A DNA stretch of 64,000 bases. Source: Narcine bancroftii. Its lineage: Eukaryota. The stretch's first letter is position 1; each line of letters begins with the position of its first letter. The stretch is from contig NC_091471.1 in NCBI RefSeq assembly GCF_036971445.1, forward strand, positions 366,482,001 to 366,546,000, written 5' to 3'. This document shows, piece by piece, positions 51,816-64,000 of this stretch. The translations under genes and the position numbers were made by a program. Under the pieces are notes generated by a model that saw only the letters and a list, made by a program, of their open reading frames with translations, was not told where the DNA came from and did no database searches.

Positions 51816-52622
51816 GTAAGGAATTGCTAAAGATGTTGTAAATCTGATAGATGGTACGTGAGAAATAGCAGATTGACAGCATCTGCAGGAAGAGAAGCAA
51901 TGTCAATGCTTCAGGTTGTGATATTTTGTTAGCTCGATGATGGCCTGAAATGTTGATCTGCATCCAGTCCACTGCAGTGGTAAATGTCTGTAATTACCTT
52001 CTATCTGCCCACGTTCCTTGCTACGTCACTGGGAGCTGAAATTTCTCATCCTTTGCATGAGCAGTTCACCTTCATTAGCAGAAAATCAAGGTCTGCGGAG
52101 GTTTTGTTTGTACTGAGTGCAGAGAATCTGTGACTGAACACAACCTCTGTGCCAAAATCGTAGTCTCGAAGCCAAATCTCAAACCCATAGTCTGCCCGGG
52201 TGGAAGATTTTAAAACCAGCCTACACGAGGGCCTGGTTCCTTGTTTTGAGCTGAGGGTGCAATTTTTATTTGTACAAGAGGTCATGCCACTATAGCCAGG
52301 CAAGCAACCAAATTCCAATTTCTTTTAGCTCCTCTTTGAACTCACAAGTATCCAAGTAAAGTTCATCAGAGGATGAAAACTTGGGCTTAAACTTCTGGTA
52401 TTTAGCTGTTTAATATCGTTCAAAGTTCAGATTTATTGCCAGGAGTGCATACATGACATTGCATACAATTCTGAGATTCTTTTTCCAGCAGGTGAGGCAG
52501 AATTTATAATTATTATATGTATTTACATCTGTGCATGCTTTCTTAAACTGTTTACATTAAATTGTGAATGGACCCTCCTAAGAGCCCCCAATGGAATAAA
52601 TCACTTGTGTTTTCTCTCCCAG

Positions 52623-53396
52623 GTCTGGGTCTGGCTCTGAACTTTCAGCCATCTCTCATTATGATAAACCGCTACTTTGACAAGCGACGCCCGTTAGCAA
52701 ATGGCTTAACTGCGGCTGGGAGTCCTGTGTTCTTGTGCGGCCTCTCTCCATTAGGTCAGAAACTATCCAAGGTGTATGGATGGCGAGGGAGCTTCCTTAT
52801 TCTTGGAGGTCTTCTGCTGAACTGTTGTGCATGTGCAGCACTGATGAGGCCCCTGAAAACAAGTGGAAAGCAGAAAAGTGTGGAAGGGAAGGATGCCAAG
52901 GTGTCAAAGAACAAAAAAAAGTTTCTGGATTTCTCGGTTTTTAAGGATCGAGGTTTTGTGATCTACACAATAGCTGCTTCCGTTATGGTCTTTGGACTCT
53001 TTGTTCCTCCTGTTTTCATCGTAAACTACGCAAAAGACTTGGGAGTACCAGACACAGATGCTGCTTTCTTGTTATCCATCTTGGGTTTTGTTGACATTTT
53101 CGCCCGACCTCTTTCTGGTATTGTTGCTGGGTTGAAGCCTGTCCGACCTCTATGTGTGTACCTCTTCAGCTTTGCTATGATTTTCAATGGGATTACGGAT
53201 CTTGGTGGCTCTTTTGCTCGTGACTATGCTGGCCTGACGGTGTTCTGTATCTTTTTTGGAATGTCCTATGGAATGGTGGGAGCCTTGCAGTTTGAAGTCT
53301 TGATGGCAGTTGTTGGAACCCAGAAATTCTCCAGTGCCATTGGCCTTGTATTATTGATCGAGGCCATGGCTGTTCTCGTGGGCCCACCAGGAGCTG
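52623..53396 (+). CDS. slc16a3: Monocarboxylate transporter 4, coding exon 3
   Basis: Encodes [29 protein letters not shown]...FVDIFARP...[42 protein letters not shown]. Acceptor tctctcccag, donor TG|gtaagt. 774 nt, phase 1-1. Confidence 0.97.
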
Positions 53397-54911
53397 GTAA
53401 GTGTGTGTTTGTGTCCGCCATGGAACACAACAGCACAGAAACAGGCCCTTTAGCCCTTCTAGTCTGTGCCGAACATTTTTTCTGCCTTGTCCCACTAGTG
53501 TGCACCTGGACCATATCCCTCCATACCCCTTCCAACCATGTACATGCACAAATTTATGTTAAATGTTAAAATTGAGCTTGCATTCACCAATTCACCTAGC
53601 AGCTTGTTCCACACTCCCAACACTCTCCATGTGAAGAAGCTTCCCCTGATGTTCCCTTTTAAACTTTTCACCTTTCATTCGTAACCCATTTTAACTGTTT
53701 GAAGACAGATATCCAGATACTGTACCAGAAATGAATTTGGGACCCACAAAAAAAAAATCCTTGCTCTTGCAATTTCTTCTCCTTTCACCAGAGTTCAATG
53801 GGCTCTAAAGGCATCTTTCTAGTCTGTAGACCAGCTATTCTCAATTGTATCCTACAATTCCACCCCACCACCACCACTCAGGGTCCACAGAACATTTAAG
53901 TAAAAGCCACCTTTTCTCCTTGTGTAGCATGAATTTTTAAGATTTTTTTACATGGTCGGTAGGAGAGAAGTAGGGAAGAAACTAAAATTTGGCTATTTCA
54001 CAGGGAAGGGGGCCCATAAACTTTTAGCAGAGCCCTCGGGGTTGTGGCGGGGGGTGGGGGGGAATGGGCGGTGGGTACAAGATTGAGAATGACTACTGTA
54101 GATGATACTTTTCTTTGTCACCGGCCAACTATGGAAAACTTTGTAGCAAGGAGAGATACTTTTTTAAAAAAAAAAATCAGAGCACAGCTTGGAGTTGTTG
54201 GCTCTGTGATTGTAAATACAGTAAAATCCCTGTTGTCTGGAATTCAAACAACTGGAAAAACAATTGTGGAAAATAAATGGGTTGAAAAAAAACCGTAAGT
54301 TTAAAATTGGCACCCCTTGTGGTTAGTTCTCCAATCACACAACACTTAATCTCAAGCAACTGGAAAATTCATTTATCCGGTATCAAACAATTCCCATAGG
54401 TGCTGGATATTGGAGGTTATATTGCATCTGGTTTAACTGAGAGCATGGAACAAAGAACAGTACAGCACTTTGCCTAACATGATGTCCAAATCAATGTAAA
54501 ACTTTGCTTCTTCTTGCAGTTAGTAGATATCCATCCATCCCCATCAAGCTAATGAGACTGTCCAGAAGCCTCTTAAATTCTACCGTTAATTCCTTGCACC
54601 ACAACTCCTGGTGACTCATTTCAGGCACTCTTCATATTTGTCCTGCACATCTCCTTTAAATGTCCTCCCCCTCACCTTAAACTCCTGTCCTCCAGTATGT
54701 GATGCTTGTATCCTGGGGAAAGGATCCTGACTATCAGTACCTCTTGTGATTTATAAAATCCTATTAGGTTAACCCCCCCCACCGGCCCAAAGCCTCCTAT
54801 GCTCCAGAAAAAACAACGCAAGCAAAATACCCTTTTGGCTTGCAGTGTTGCTGTTGGCTTGCATGAATGCTTGTTTCTGAATGATGAATATATTTAATTT
54901 TTCTGTTACAG

Positions 54912-55180
54912 GGAAGCTGTTGGACTATACTAAAGTTTACAAGTATGTTTTTTATTTGGCTGGCTCTGAAGTGGTTCTCTCTGCTCTGATACTGGGTATT
55001 GGAAACTTTTTCTTCATAAGTAGAAGAGCTAAATCACATGATATTGAGCAAAAGGAAAATGTGGATGCGAAGAATCAAGAGGAACGTGAGCCAGGAGTGG
55101 ATTCTGTGGAAGTGGAGCAGTTCTTAAAAACAAAGACGGAAAACAATGAGATTTTACCAACACCTGAAACCAGTGTATGA
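54912..55180 (+). CDS. slc16a3: Monocarboxylate transporter 4, last coding exon
   Basis: Encodes GKLLDYTKVYKYVFYLAGSEVVLSALIL...EVEQFLKTKTENNEILPTPETSV*. The TPETSV C-terminus is MCT4-type rather than MCT1 or MCT3. Acceptor ttttctgttacag. Spliced CDS is 223+144+774+269=1410 nt and in frame. Confidence 0.95.
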
Positions 55181-56452
55181 AACGCCTCAAAGAGGAAGAT
55201 AGAATATTTACGGAAGTCAAGAGAAAAGAATCTGTATATTTATTTAGAAATGTGAGGTACCGTCATGTATTGGTGAAAGTAGTTTATTGTGCAGAATATT
55301 TTTTGTGATCTTTTTAATTTGATGCCTTGCATTTGTCATTCAGTGTGTCTTTCAGAAAACTTTAAAACGCAACAGTATTTGTCATCCCAGGAGATGGTTT
55401 AACATTCAGGAATGTGCGAGATGGGAATATCAAATCAACAGAATTGTGATTCCATAAAAATGGGAGAAGAGTTTAGATGTGCAACCCACTCTCAGCCAAC
55501 AACATTAGTGACAATAATACGCCTTTATTTATTAACCATAAATGAAAGTTTACAAAATTAATGTGGCAGAGACACTTGTAGACCAGGAAGGGTTAAATAA
55601 TTTAAGGAAGCACAAGTGAACCAGATGGAAACGTGTCTCTAAGTAGATTTCTAGCCCATTCTTCTAGTGTTTTACTTGGTAATTCAGGAGGTAACCAAAC
55701 TGCTAGTATGTTGTGTTTCTTACAAGACAAGGAATATAAAACTGAAACAATTTTTAAAGGTCCTAGTTGTTAGTCGTGGCCAATTGGCATTGAAAAATAA
55801 TCCTGCTATGATTTGTGGATTAAATATTCACACTGTACTGGAACAGGAGACTGATATTATTTTATTAACTTCCAATTATTCTTCCACTATATTAAAATAA
55901 CCTTTCTGTTTTTTACTAAATTAGGAGTGTCTGACTAAATATTTGCTTTGTGAAACCTGTGAAAAATAATTCTTTCCATTGAGGCATTCAGCATTGGGTA
56001 ATCGACAGGGGGAACACAAAACAAAGTTGTAAGTTTGAAACTGTAGATGGCGATTAGACCAATGCATCATACAGTCTCAAAGGTCTTAAATATATAAACT
56101 AAGTAAAGTAATCCATTCAAAAACTAGTTTATGGCATAACCACATATACGGAGAAGATGACAACTTTTTAAAAAGTATCAACCTGGGTTGTGGACTCAGG
56201 TCAGTATTAATTGAGGCACCCTGAGAAACATCATCAATACATAACTTTGCCTTCAAACATTTCGGATTCCTATATAAAGTAATAAAATTGTCCAAGCTTA
56301 TCCCAGCAAAGACAGAGCAACAGGCCTTTCACTGGCTATAGAAAAGACAGTTAATTTGGGGTAAATCAGAATTATTTCTGGATAAATTTCCGTGCAAGGA
56401 TAAAGGAATCTGCAGTTCTAATTCTTGAATCTAGGATCCCACTGTTATTACT

Positions 56453-56890
56453 TCAATCATCATGGCTCTCTCTTGAGGTCAAGGATGATGGTCTTTGTTC
56501 CTATGGGTTCTCAAGTGGCTTAGGAGTCCAATTTTGGAAAGTGGCCCACAGAGCAAAGATGCCTGTGCTTGTATTTGTTTAACATATACTTGAAGCTGCA
56601 CTTCAAGAAGCGCACGATACTTCACAAATCAACCAACTAGTTCCGATAGCATGAAAACCATGACAAGTGGAGTTAATAGGTTTCATCCACCTTCACAGCT
56701 GTTGAGGTCGAAGTAACTTCGTCCACCTGTTCCACTGTTGAGGTCTTGTTTGGATTGCTCTTGGTCAGGGACCTCCCCCTCGACCTTACCGCCATGGGTG
56801 GCCCAACCAGAAGCAGAGGTCCAGGCGGCATTGCTCTTGGGATCTCAGGACCACACAAGCTTCTCCACCACAAAAAGGTGACAATCACAG
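56453..56890 (-). mobile_element. Short bipartite non-autonomous RTE-like element (RTE-type 5' UTR joined to RTE-type 3' tail)
   Basis: The minus-strand 5' part resembles, from memory, BovB/Rex3 5' UTRs (tgtggtggagaagcttgtgt...gagcaatgccg...gggccacccatggcggtaaggtc). The 3' end is accatcatccttgacctcaagagagagccatgatgatt. Confidence 0.6.
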
Positions 56891-57471
56891 AGAAGTACAA
56901 CAATGGGCATGTGGAAAAAAGACTTTTGATACAGTTCCTGATAATCTTGTCCAATCTAACCATTCTGGGCTGCTTAAAATAAAACCAGTAAGTAATAAAA
57001 ATGAAGAATCGTGTAATTCCCTGATGAAATTAAAGTTTTTAAGAATGCTCTGAAAGTAGGTATTTCAAAAAGGACGTTTTGCACTTGTATTTCTACATGG
57101 GTACTTTTAAAATAGTCAAAATATTCTCAAAACGAGAACTAGGTAGTCTTGCATTGTTCTAACTCTCAGACAAGTGTTTAGATCTCCAGTTTTTTTTTAA
57201 TTCATACAATTGGACTTTCCTGGTTGTTGATCCAGAGGGTCTACCAGATACAACACATTTAAAATAAACTTTTAGTCAATTAAAATGTATACTTTCTATT
57301 GACATTTAAGGAACAATTTACTGATTAATGGGGAACAGTTTTATTTTAACCTTGTTTTATGACTGGTTAAGAAGCTAATTTTTTTTCTAATTTGATCATT
57401 TCAAGTTCCATAGATCAGCTTTGAATGTGTTTAAAGGATAGAAGTAATAATATTAAACCAACTTTTTAATA

Positions 57472-58012
57472 TCTTCTTCTTTGGCTGGCTTCGCGGACGA
57501 AGATTTATGGAGGGGTATGTCCACGTCTGCTGCAGGCTCGTTGGTGACTGACAAGTCCGATGCAGGACAGGCAGGCACGGTTGCAAGGGAAAATTGGTTG
57601 GTTGAGTTGGGTGTTGGGTTTTCCCTCCTTTGTCTTTTGTCAGTGAGGTGGGCTCTGCGGTCTTCTTCAAAGGAGGTTGCTGCCCGCCGAACTGTGAGGC
57701 GCCAAGATGCACGGTTTGAGGCGATATCAGCCCACTGGCGGTGGTCAATGTGGCAGGCACCAAGAGATTTCTTTAAGCAGTCCTTGTACCTCTTCTTTGG
57801 TGCACCTCTGTCTCGGTGGCCAGTGGAGAGCTCGCCATAGAACACGATCTTGGGAAAGCGATGGCCCTCCATTCTGGAGACGTGACCCACCCAGCGCAGT
57901 TGGGTCTTCAGCAGCATGGATTCGATGCTTGCGGACTCTGCCAACTCGAGTACTTCGATGTTGGTGATGACGTCATTCCAATGAATGTTGAGAATGGAGC
58001 GGAGACAGCGCT
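57472..58012 (-). mobile_element. 5'-truncated RTE LINE, more diverged copy
   Basis: ORF 57453-57944 is homologous to the other RTE copies. Confidence 0.9.
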
Positions 58013-59209
58013 AACAATATGGTGTTTGAAAATATTGATGGAGTCTCTCTGTGGATCCATTCTATTTCCTTGGACTTTAGCAAAATGAACCTTCTCACTA
58101 TCAGGGAAGCAAAAGCAACCACATGGGATTGAGATGGAGTCAAAATTAAGTCAGTTGGCCCACTCATTCCAAAAATAGCAATAAGGGCTCGGAGCGCCAA
58201 ACTGGGTGTTCTTCCCATTTGGCTGCTGTGTTGGGGCATTTTGGTTTGTTTACTGCACTAATGCAATATATGAATATTTTGGAAGGCAGACAATTGGCCA
58301 ACTTGCTGCTTCTTAAGTACTGTACCACAGGCCAAATTCCATGTATGACATCTCCCCTGGGACTTGTTTGGAGGAGTGAAACTAGTATGGTTATTTTTAT
58401 ACATGTAAAGGCCAGCAAAACAAAGCCGTCGAGAAGACTATCAGCAGTTTTTAAAAAAAATCCTGCTGTTCTCTCAGGAATTGTAGTTCTGACTGAAGAC
58501 TGTGTAACCTTCTCATCTCAGAGGTTTTTGTGTTTGAGTTTAGAAGGTGGATGGGTCTCAGGGTTTTCTGCTTTGAACAGTTGCACGAAACTTGGAAAAT
58601 CATTTTCCTCGAAGGAAAATGAAGCCCACTAGGGTCAGAGAAACTTCATCTCAAAACGATGTGCAGGGCTTTGTTTTTAAATAGACACTCATCATTTAAA
58701 TTAATGTGGCAATTAGCAATATTTGGATAAGACATAATTCCTGTCTGGTTAATTAGCTGGAGACTACAGTAAAACCTCTATAGCCAAGAGTAAAAGGAAT
58801 TAAGCAATGAATTCCCATTGTCTGACCAGCAGTGAGTGTGTCAACCTTGGATCAGGAAAAGTCTGTGCATCGTCGCTTGCAGTCAAATAGATTGATTCAT
58901 GCAGAATAGATCCACAGCGTTGTACTCAAGAAAACATTGCTTGCCTTTCATGTAAATGGGGAAGGGGGGGGGGGGGGATTGTGGATTATGTTAGAATGGG
59001 GAGGGAACAATACTCAGGCATTTAATGATAGATTTCTTCTATTTGGTCATTATTCGTGCTGTGAATTTTGCCCCACAAATGGTGACTGAAGGCAACCTGT
59101 CGCTATGGGTTTCCAGTAACTTGGCTGTCACAGGCATAACATTCATTCTGCTAATCCATGGTTAAATGTGAACATGACCTGGTAATTTTAAGATCCCTCA
59201 TGTAAAGTA

Positions 59210-59794
59210 CCGTATATACTCATATCAAAGTCACTCATAAAACTTGACACCCTATTTTTGGCCAAAAATTTGGGATTTTTCATACATCTCGTGTAAAGGT
59301 CTGCCCTAGTCTCTCACCGCTGCCCTGCTGCCCACGGGCAATGAGCTCCTGACACCTCAGATGATGCAGATATTTACTATGGTCCCGACTTTCTCTGTAC
59401 CGGCATCCATGTTGATGCCCTCGTCAGTTGCCACACCATTCTCTACCTCCGCAAAGCTGATGCCACAGCTGGATTTCCCCCCCACTATCATCACTCCCCC
59501 CCTTCCCAACCCTTTTGTGTTTTCACTTCAATCACTGTGTCTACAGACTTTCATGCTTTACTCATGGTTTTTGTTACTTGGTACGACGCGTGTATTGATG
59601 CGCAGACTATTATTACTTTAAATCATTGTGTTTTGCTCTTTATTTATTGAGAGATCATTTGTATTTCTGCTTTGATATTTTGGATTCTAGTGTGAATTTT
59701 AGCCCCTCAAAAGTAGTATCCATGTAATAATTGACTCTATAAATTTAACATTAAAATGGTGTAGAAGATTCAACTTCTACATGACAATATATGG
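59210..59794. mobile_element. Tc1/mariner-like MITE
   Basis: Degenerate TIRs TA-ccgtatatac...aatatatgg-TA with TA flanks. Confidence 0.55.
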
Positions 59795-61281
59795 TAGTTG
59801 CAGATATTACGATCCATTTATTTGTTTTCATTTACAGGATAATGGAAAACTTACAAATTTTGAAAAATTGTAGGATTCAGTGAGTTGAAGCCACACTGTG
59901 CAGGTTGATTAAGTTTTATGATGATGTGTCACCATTTGTGAATATTTGCTTAAGCATAGATGCTGGCTGCCTTTATAACTTTGAAATGTAAGGATGTAAC
60001 TAACCAAACTGTTCAGATTTGATACAAAAATACACCAGGTTACAGACTTTTTTGTTCTTCTAACCAATGTAAAAATGTGTAATTTTCCAGCAAAGTTTAT
60101 CACTTCCATGTTCCAACTGACAAATTCCAAGGAAGATTTGGATTTTAATTTTTTTTTAACCATAGAATTATTAGGAATATTTACATGGTTAAAACACAAG
60201 AATAACTTGAGCTGTTATTGTTTTGGACCAGTATCTCAATCTTTATTAGACAAAAAGTATTCACCATTAAAACTGTGATTTGATTATTTTGCTGTGATAT
60301 TTTCATTTTACCAATAAATTGTAACCATGCAAGCTGAATTTGGCAATTATAGCAAAAATTATAAATTTAGAAAATGTTGATTTGGAGCAGATTACCTGAA
60401 CAATGTGTTTTTTTTTGTTCTGGAATTTTTCAAACCAATGAAATGGTTGAAAATGATTACCTATTTCAAAATTTGAAGCTTGTGGAATGTGAGATCAAGG
60501 AGTGATGCTTTTATAAGTTTTTTCTGAATCAGAGTTGGGAAGCAGTACTAACATATTAATATTGCCTCATTGTCACCAGCCAGCATTGACTTGAATTCTG
60601 AGTCTTCCTGCTTCTGGTTCATTCCTATTCCTTAAGGAAGGGCTCAAGCCCGAAATGACGGCAATATAGCTTTGCTTTTTTGAACGCTGAAAAGACCGGC
60701 TGATTTCCTTCAGCATTTGTGTTTTTACTACCATCACAGCATTTGCAGACGTTCATGCCTCACTCTGTACTCAAAAACCTACCAAGATCAGCAATTTGTC
60801 CACATTTACAGCTTTATTCTATCTGAAGTTTTCATTATTATGTTTAAAGGTGGTCAAATCTTTGCTTTGAGCCAGGGACTCTGTCTAGTCACTTTTGTTG
60901 GATGGTTTCCATTAACGGGAAGACTAGGCCAGACTTCCTATTGAACTACAGAAGTGAAAGTTAGAATGTGGAGCTTTGATCGTTCATTTTCTAGTGGGGC
61001 AATATAGTACACACCTGCATCAAATGGTTAACTTTACTCTGGAGGCAGAAGAGGACGGATGTTGGGACTTGAAGCATTAAACAAACCCAGAGGAACTCTT
61101 GATCAAGCACCACCCGTGGAGGCATTGGGTGGTCCTGAAAGCAGTCTTAACCCAAACCATTGACTACCCCTTTGCCACTAGATGCTGCTTGATCTACTGA
61201 GTTCATCCAGCAGTTTTTTTTAAAAGAACTACAAGACTTGTGGCATTTAGCATATGCATTTTAAAAAAAAAAATCTGCTTT

Positions 61282-61602
61282 CAGTGGCATCACTAAGATT
61301 GGGGTCACCCTCCTTCTCCCCACTCTGCCTTGGGCCCAGTGTACTGACCGTAGAAGAAACAGGTGTGCATTCCTTGAATGTCTGGAGGGGGGGGGGGGGA
61401 GGGAATTAAGATGTTCAAAAAGTAAATTAGACATATTGATACATGCAAGTTGGGCTTACAAAAAAAATGTTTTTGTTGCTATAACTACAGGGATATTTTT
61501 ATAAAAAATAATAAATTTCTGCTGAAACACTGTCATTTTGATGTCACCCCATCTGATGGCGTCTTCCAGTGCGGTCCGCACACCCCCCCCATGATGCCAG
61601 TG
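61282..61602. mobile_element. hAT-like MITE
   Basis: TIR cagtggcatca / tgatgccagtg; 8-bp flanks tctgcttt and tttacttt (6/8 match). Confidence 0.6.
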
Positions 61603-64000
61603 TTTACTTTGTATTCTTGTTAAAATTCACCCTGCTCTCATGTGGCTTTTTAAATTATCCCCCTTGCATCTACCAGTAACAAGGGTCAACCGCCCTGGTT
61701 GCATTTTCTAAAAGGTGAAGAGGAGCTAGGTGTTGGAAATTCACTGGAAACGTCATCTAATTAACAGCCATACACATGGCAGGTAGACAGACTCTGATCA
61801 GGTGTTTCAGGGACTGGTGAGCTAGTTCACAAATTTTCTTAAAAAGCCTTTTGCCAGTCTGTCTTGGCATTTACTCGTCCGCTTGACCCTTCCCCAGCTG
61901 CAGGAAAAGCAGGTTCTCATCCTTTGGCACAAGGAAATGGTGTGTGTGAAATGCAACTGTTGTACTGCTAAATCAATTTGATTGATCCCCCTTTGGATTG
62001 AAGCACAATTTTCTAGTGGGGGGGGGAATGTAGCTTGTCTGTGTGTGTCTACCAAGGTAACTCAATTCTCCCTGTCTCTGAACCTGTTACTAACCCTAAT
62101 GTAGAAAATGCCCACTGAATAATACCACTCTTCCCTCTGACTAATCCACACATCAAAAATAAAGCCCAACTATCATAGCCTTAGATTCCAATTGAACACA
62201 TACGGAATCCTTTGGATTTTGCAATTCCCAAGATTTAATCCTCAGTGAAGAAATGGATTCCTTGACTGTAAATACAAGTTTATTTGTGTCAGATCTTGCT
62301 GCTGGGGGAACCCCAGGCTTTGCAGGGCTCTGGTTAATGTGTTTTGTAGCTTCAGAACTTTCATCTCCTGGCAGATGCTCCGGAAAGCAGTGCACACTTG
62401 AGGTGAAAGTCACATTGAAAATGGCCATAGCCAGATGGTCTGTTGACACCTGTCACACCAATGGTATCCGCTGGTGCTTCTTGGACTTAAGTTTATGTTG
62501 ACACACAGGATTACCACTGTTAGTTCTCAAACAAGTACTGGTCCTGACTGGGGGGGGGGGAGGGGAGTGGGAGGAAAGAAATGTTCATGGAGTTCTCTGA
62601 CATTGACACTTAAGAGTTCTAAACTGTCCACCCTGAGCAAAGTGCATCTCAGTACTGATGCTCTCAGACTCTTGCACTTAAATGGTTAAATCATCTGAAC
62701 AAGAGTCTGCTAGTATAAAGCAACATTTTACGTTGAACAAATGTAAAATGTAATTGCTCAATGCAATTCTCTGTTGAGAAGCCCCGTCTAAAATCATACT
62801 AAGAAATAATACAACCAAAGATCAATCTATTACCTCAAAGGGATAAATTAACATTGAATATAAAGTTGCTTAGAATGAAACAGGAAGATATATTTGCAGA
62901 GATGTTTCAAAATTTAACCAAGACGCAGCTTGTCATCAATTCTAAAATTCAACACAGGTTGTGATCAATATGGATAATGGTCTTTTTTTTAGTTACCCAA
63001 ATGATTTGTGCATTACAAAATCATCTTGTTTCCCCATTACATTTTCAACTCATTATTCTTACGATTGTGTATTGGATACAAACATGCCTCTATAATGACT
63101 TGTGTTGAAATACAAGTCTTGAAAGGCCCATCAAACCTACTCCACCAATGAGATTATGGTTAATTTGCTGATGGCAGGAGGTGAAATTGAGATTCTTCCC
63201 CCCCCCCCCACCCACCCTCCCCATATCCCTTAATTCCATGACTATGTAAATATATTTACTGAGGTCATCTCTACTGCTTCAATGGCCAGTGAATTCCACA
63301 GACCAAGTCCAAGCAAATTTAATTCGCATTTGTTTGTGCTTGCACCCAGGCTAATGTTTCAGTACAGAATTGCTCAATAAAATATACTAGCCAACCATCC
63401 CCCAAAATTAATACTTCTTTACACTTACTTTAACCTTAAGATTTTGCTTTGATGTGGCTCAATTTCAAATAACCATTGCCATGTGTTAATATTCTGTTCA
63501 GTATGTCGTTTAGCATGGGTGTTGGGAGTAAACAAAAAAGACAGTACAAATAAATTCCATTACAAAACACTATTATCAGTGATAATCAAAAGATACTCAT
63601 GAACTTCAGAAACCAAATGTTAGCCAAGAAGCCAATGTGGGCAAATTAACTGCTGTTTTAAAAAGAAAAGTAGACTTTCTACAAGTAGAAAGAACATTTG
63701 GGGACATCTTAAAAAGCAATGCATCTGAAATCTTCAAATTGGTTAGCAATATCATAGCTGTGCAACATGTGGACATATCGCCGTAATAACAGTTTCCTCA
63801 AACACATAATTCTTTCATTTGGCATGACTTGTGATACAAAGAACAATATTGGGCTGAGTTCAAAACAAAAACCCTTTCCCCAAATTTCTGAGCCTTACTC
63901 ACTGGTAGATAATTCTGACAAGGTTTCACCACTTATGGTAATGCTGGACAACGATCTTCTCCACTGATCATAGATTAAATTCCCCATTTTGTTTCTGTTG

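Noticed and set aside
52568-53569. 333-aa single-exon transporter ORF
   Set aside because: It is slc16a3 coding exon 3 with read-through into intron on both sides.

Overview
Repeat-rich vertebrate genomic DNA, most likely from a cartilaginous fish (inferred from HE1/V-SINE-like, CR1, Rex/Babar-like and RTE repeats). It holds one clear host gene, slc16a3 (MCT4 monocarboxylate transporter), on the + strand. The gene has four coding exons (46722-46944, 51672-51815, 52623-53396, 54912-55180; 1410 nt, 469 aa). A CpG-rich putative promoter (~19.3-25.5 kb) is split by a ~4 kb gapped polypyrimidine satellite. Most other ORFs derive from transposons or are spurious. Repeats include a full-length decayed L1 with target-site duplications (TSDs), an internally deleted L1, seven RTE copies, Rex/Babar-like and CR1 remnants, solo-LTR-like elements and MITEs. 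The most interesting observations are: a tRNA-Thr-headed and a 5S-headed SINE sharing one body; a 5'-inverted (twin-primed) RTE insertion whose 5' end matches that of another copy; a 161-bp near-perfect, locally templated inverted duplication; minimal hammerhead-like motifs; and a structured RTE-type 5' motif. I found no evidence for a novel multi-gene system. All alignments and coordinates were read by eye.
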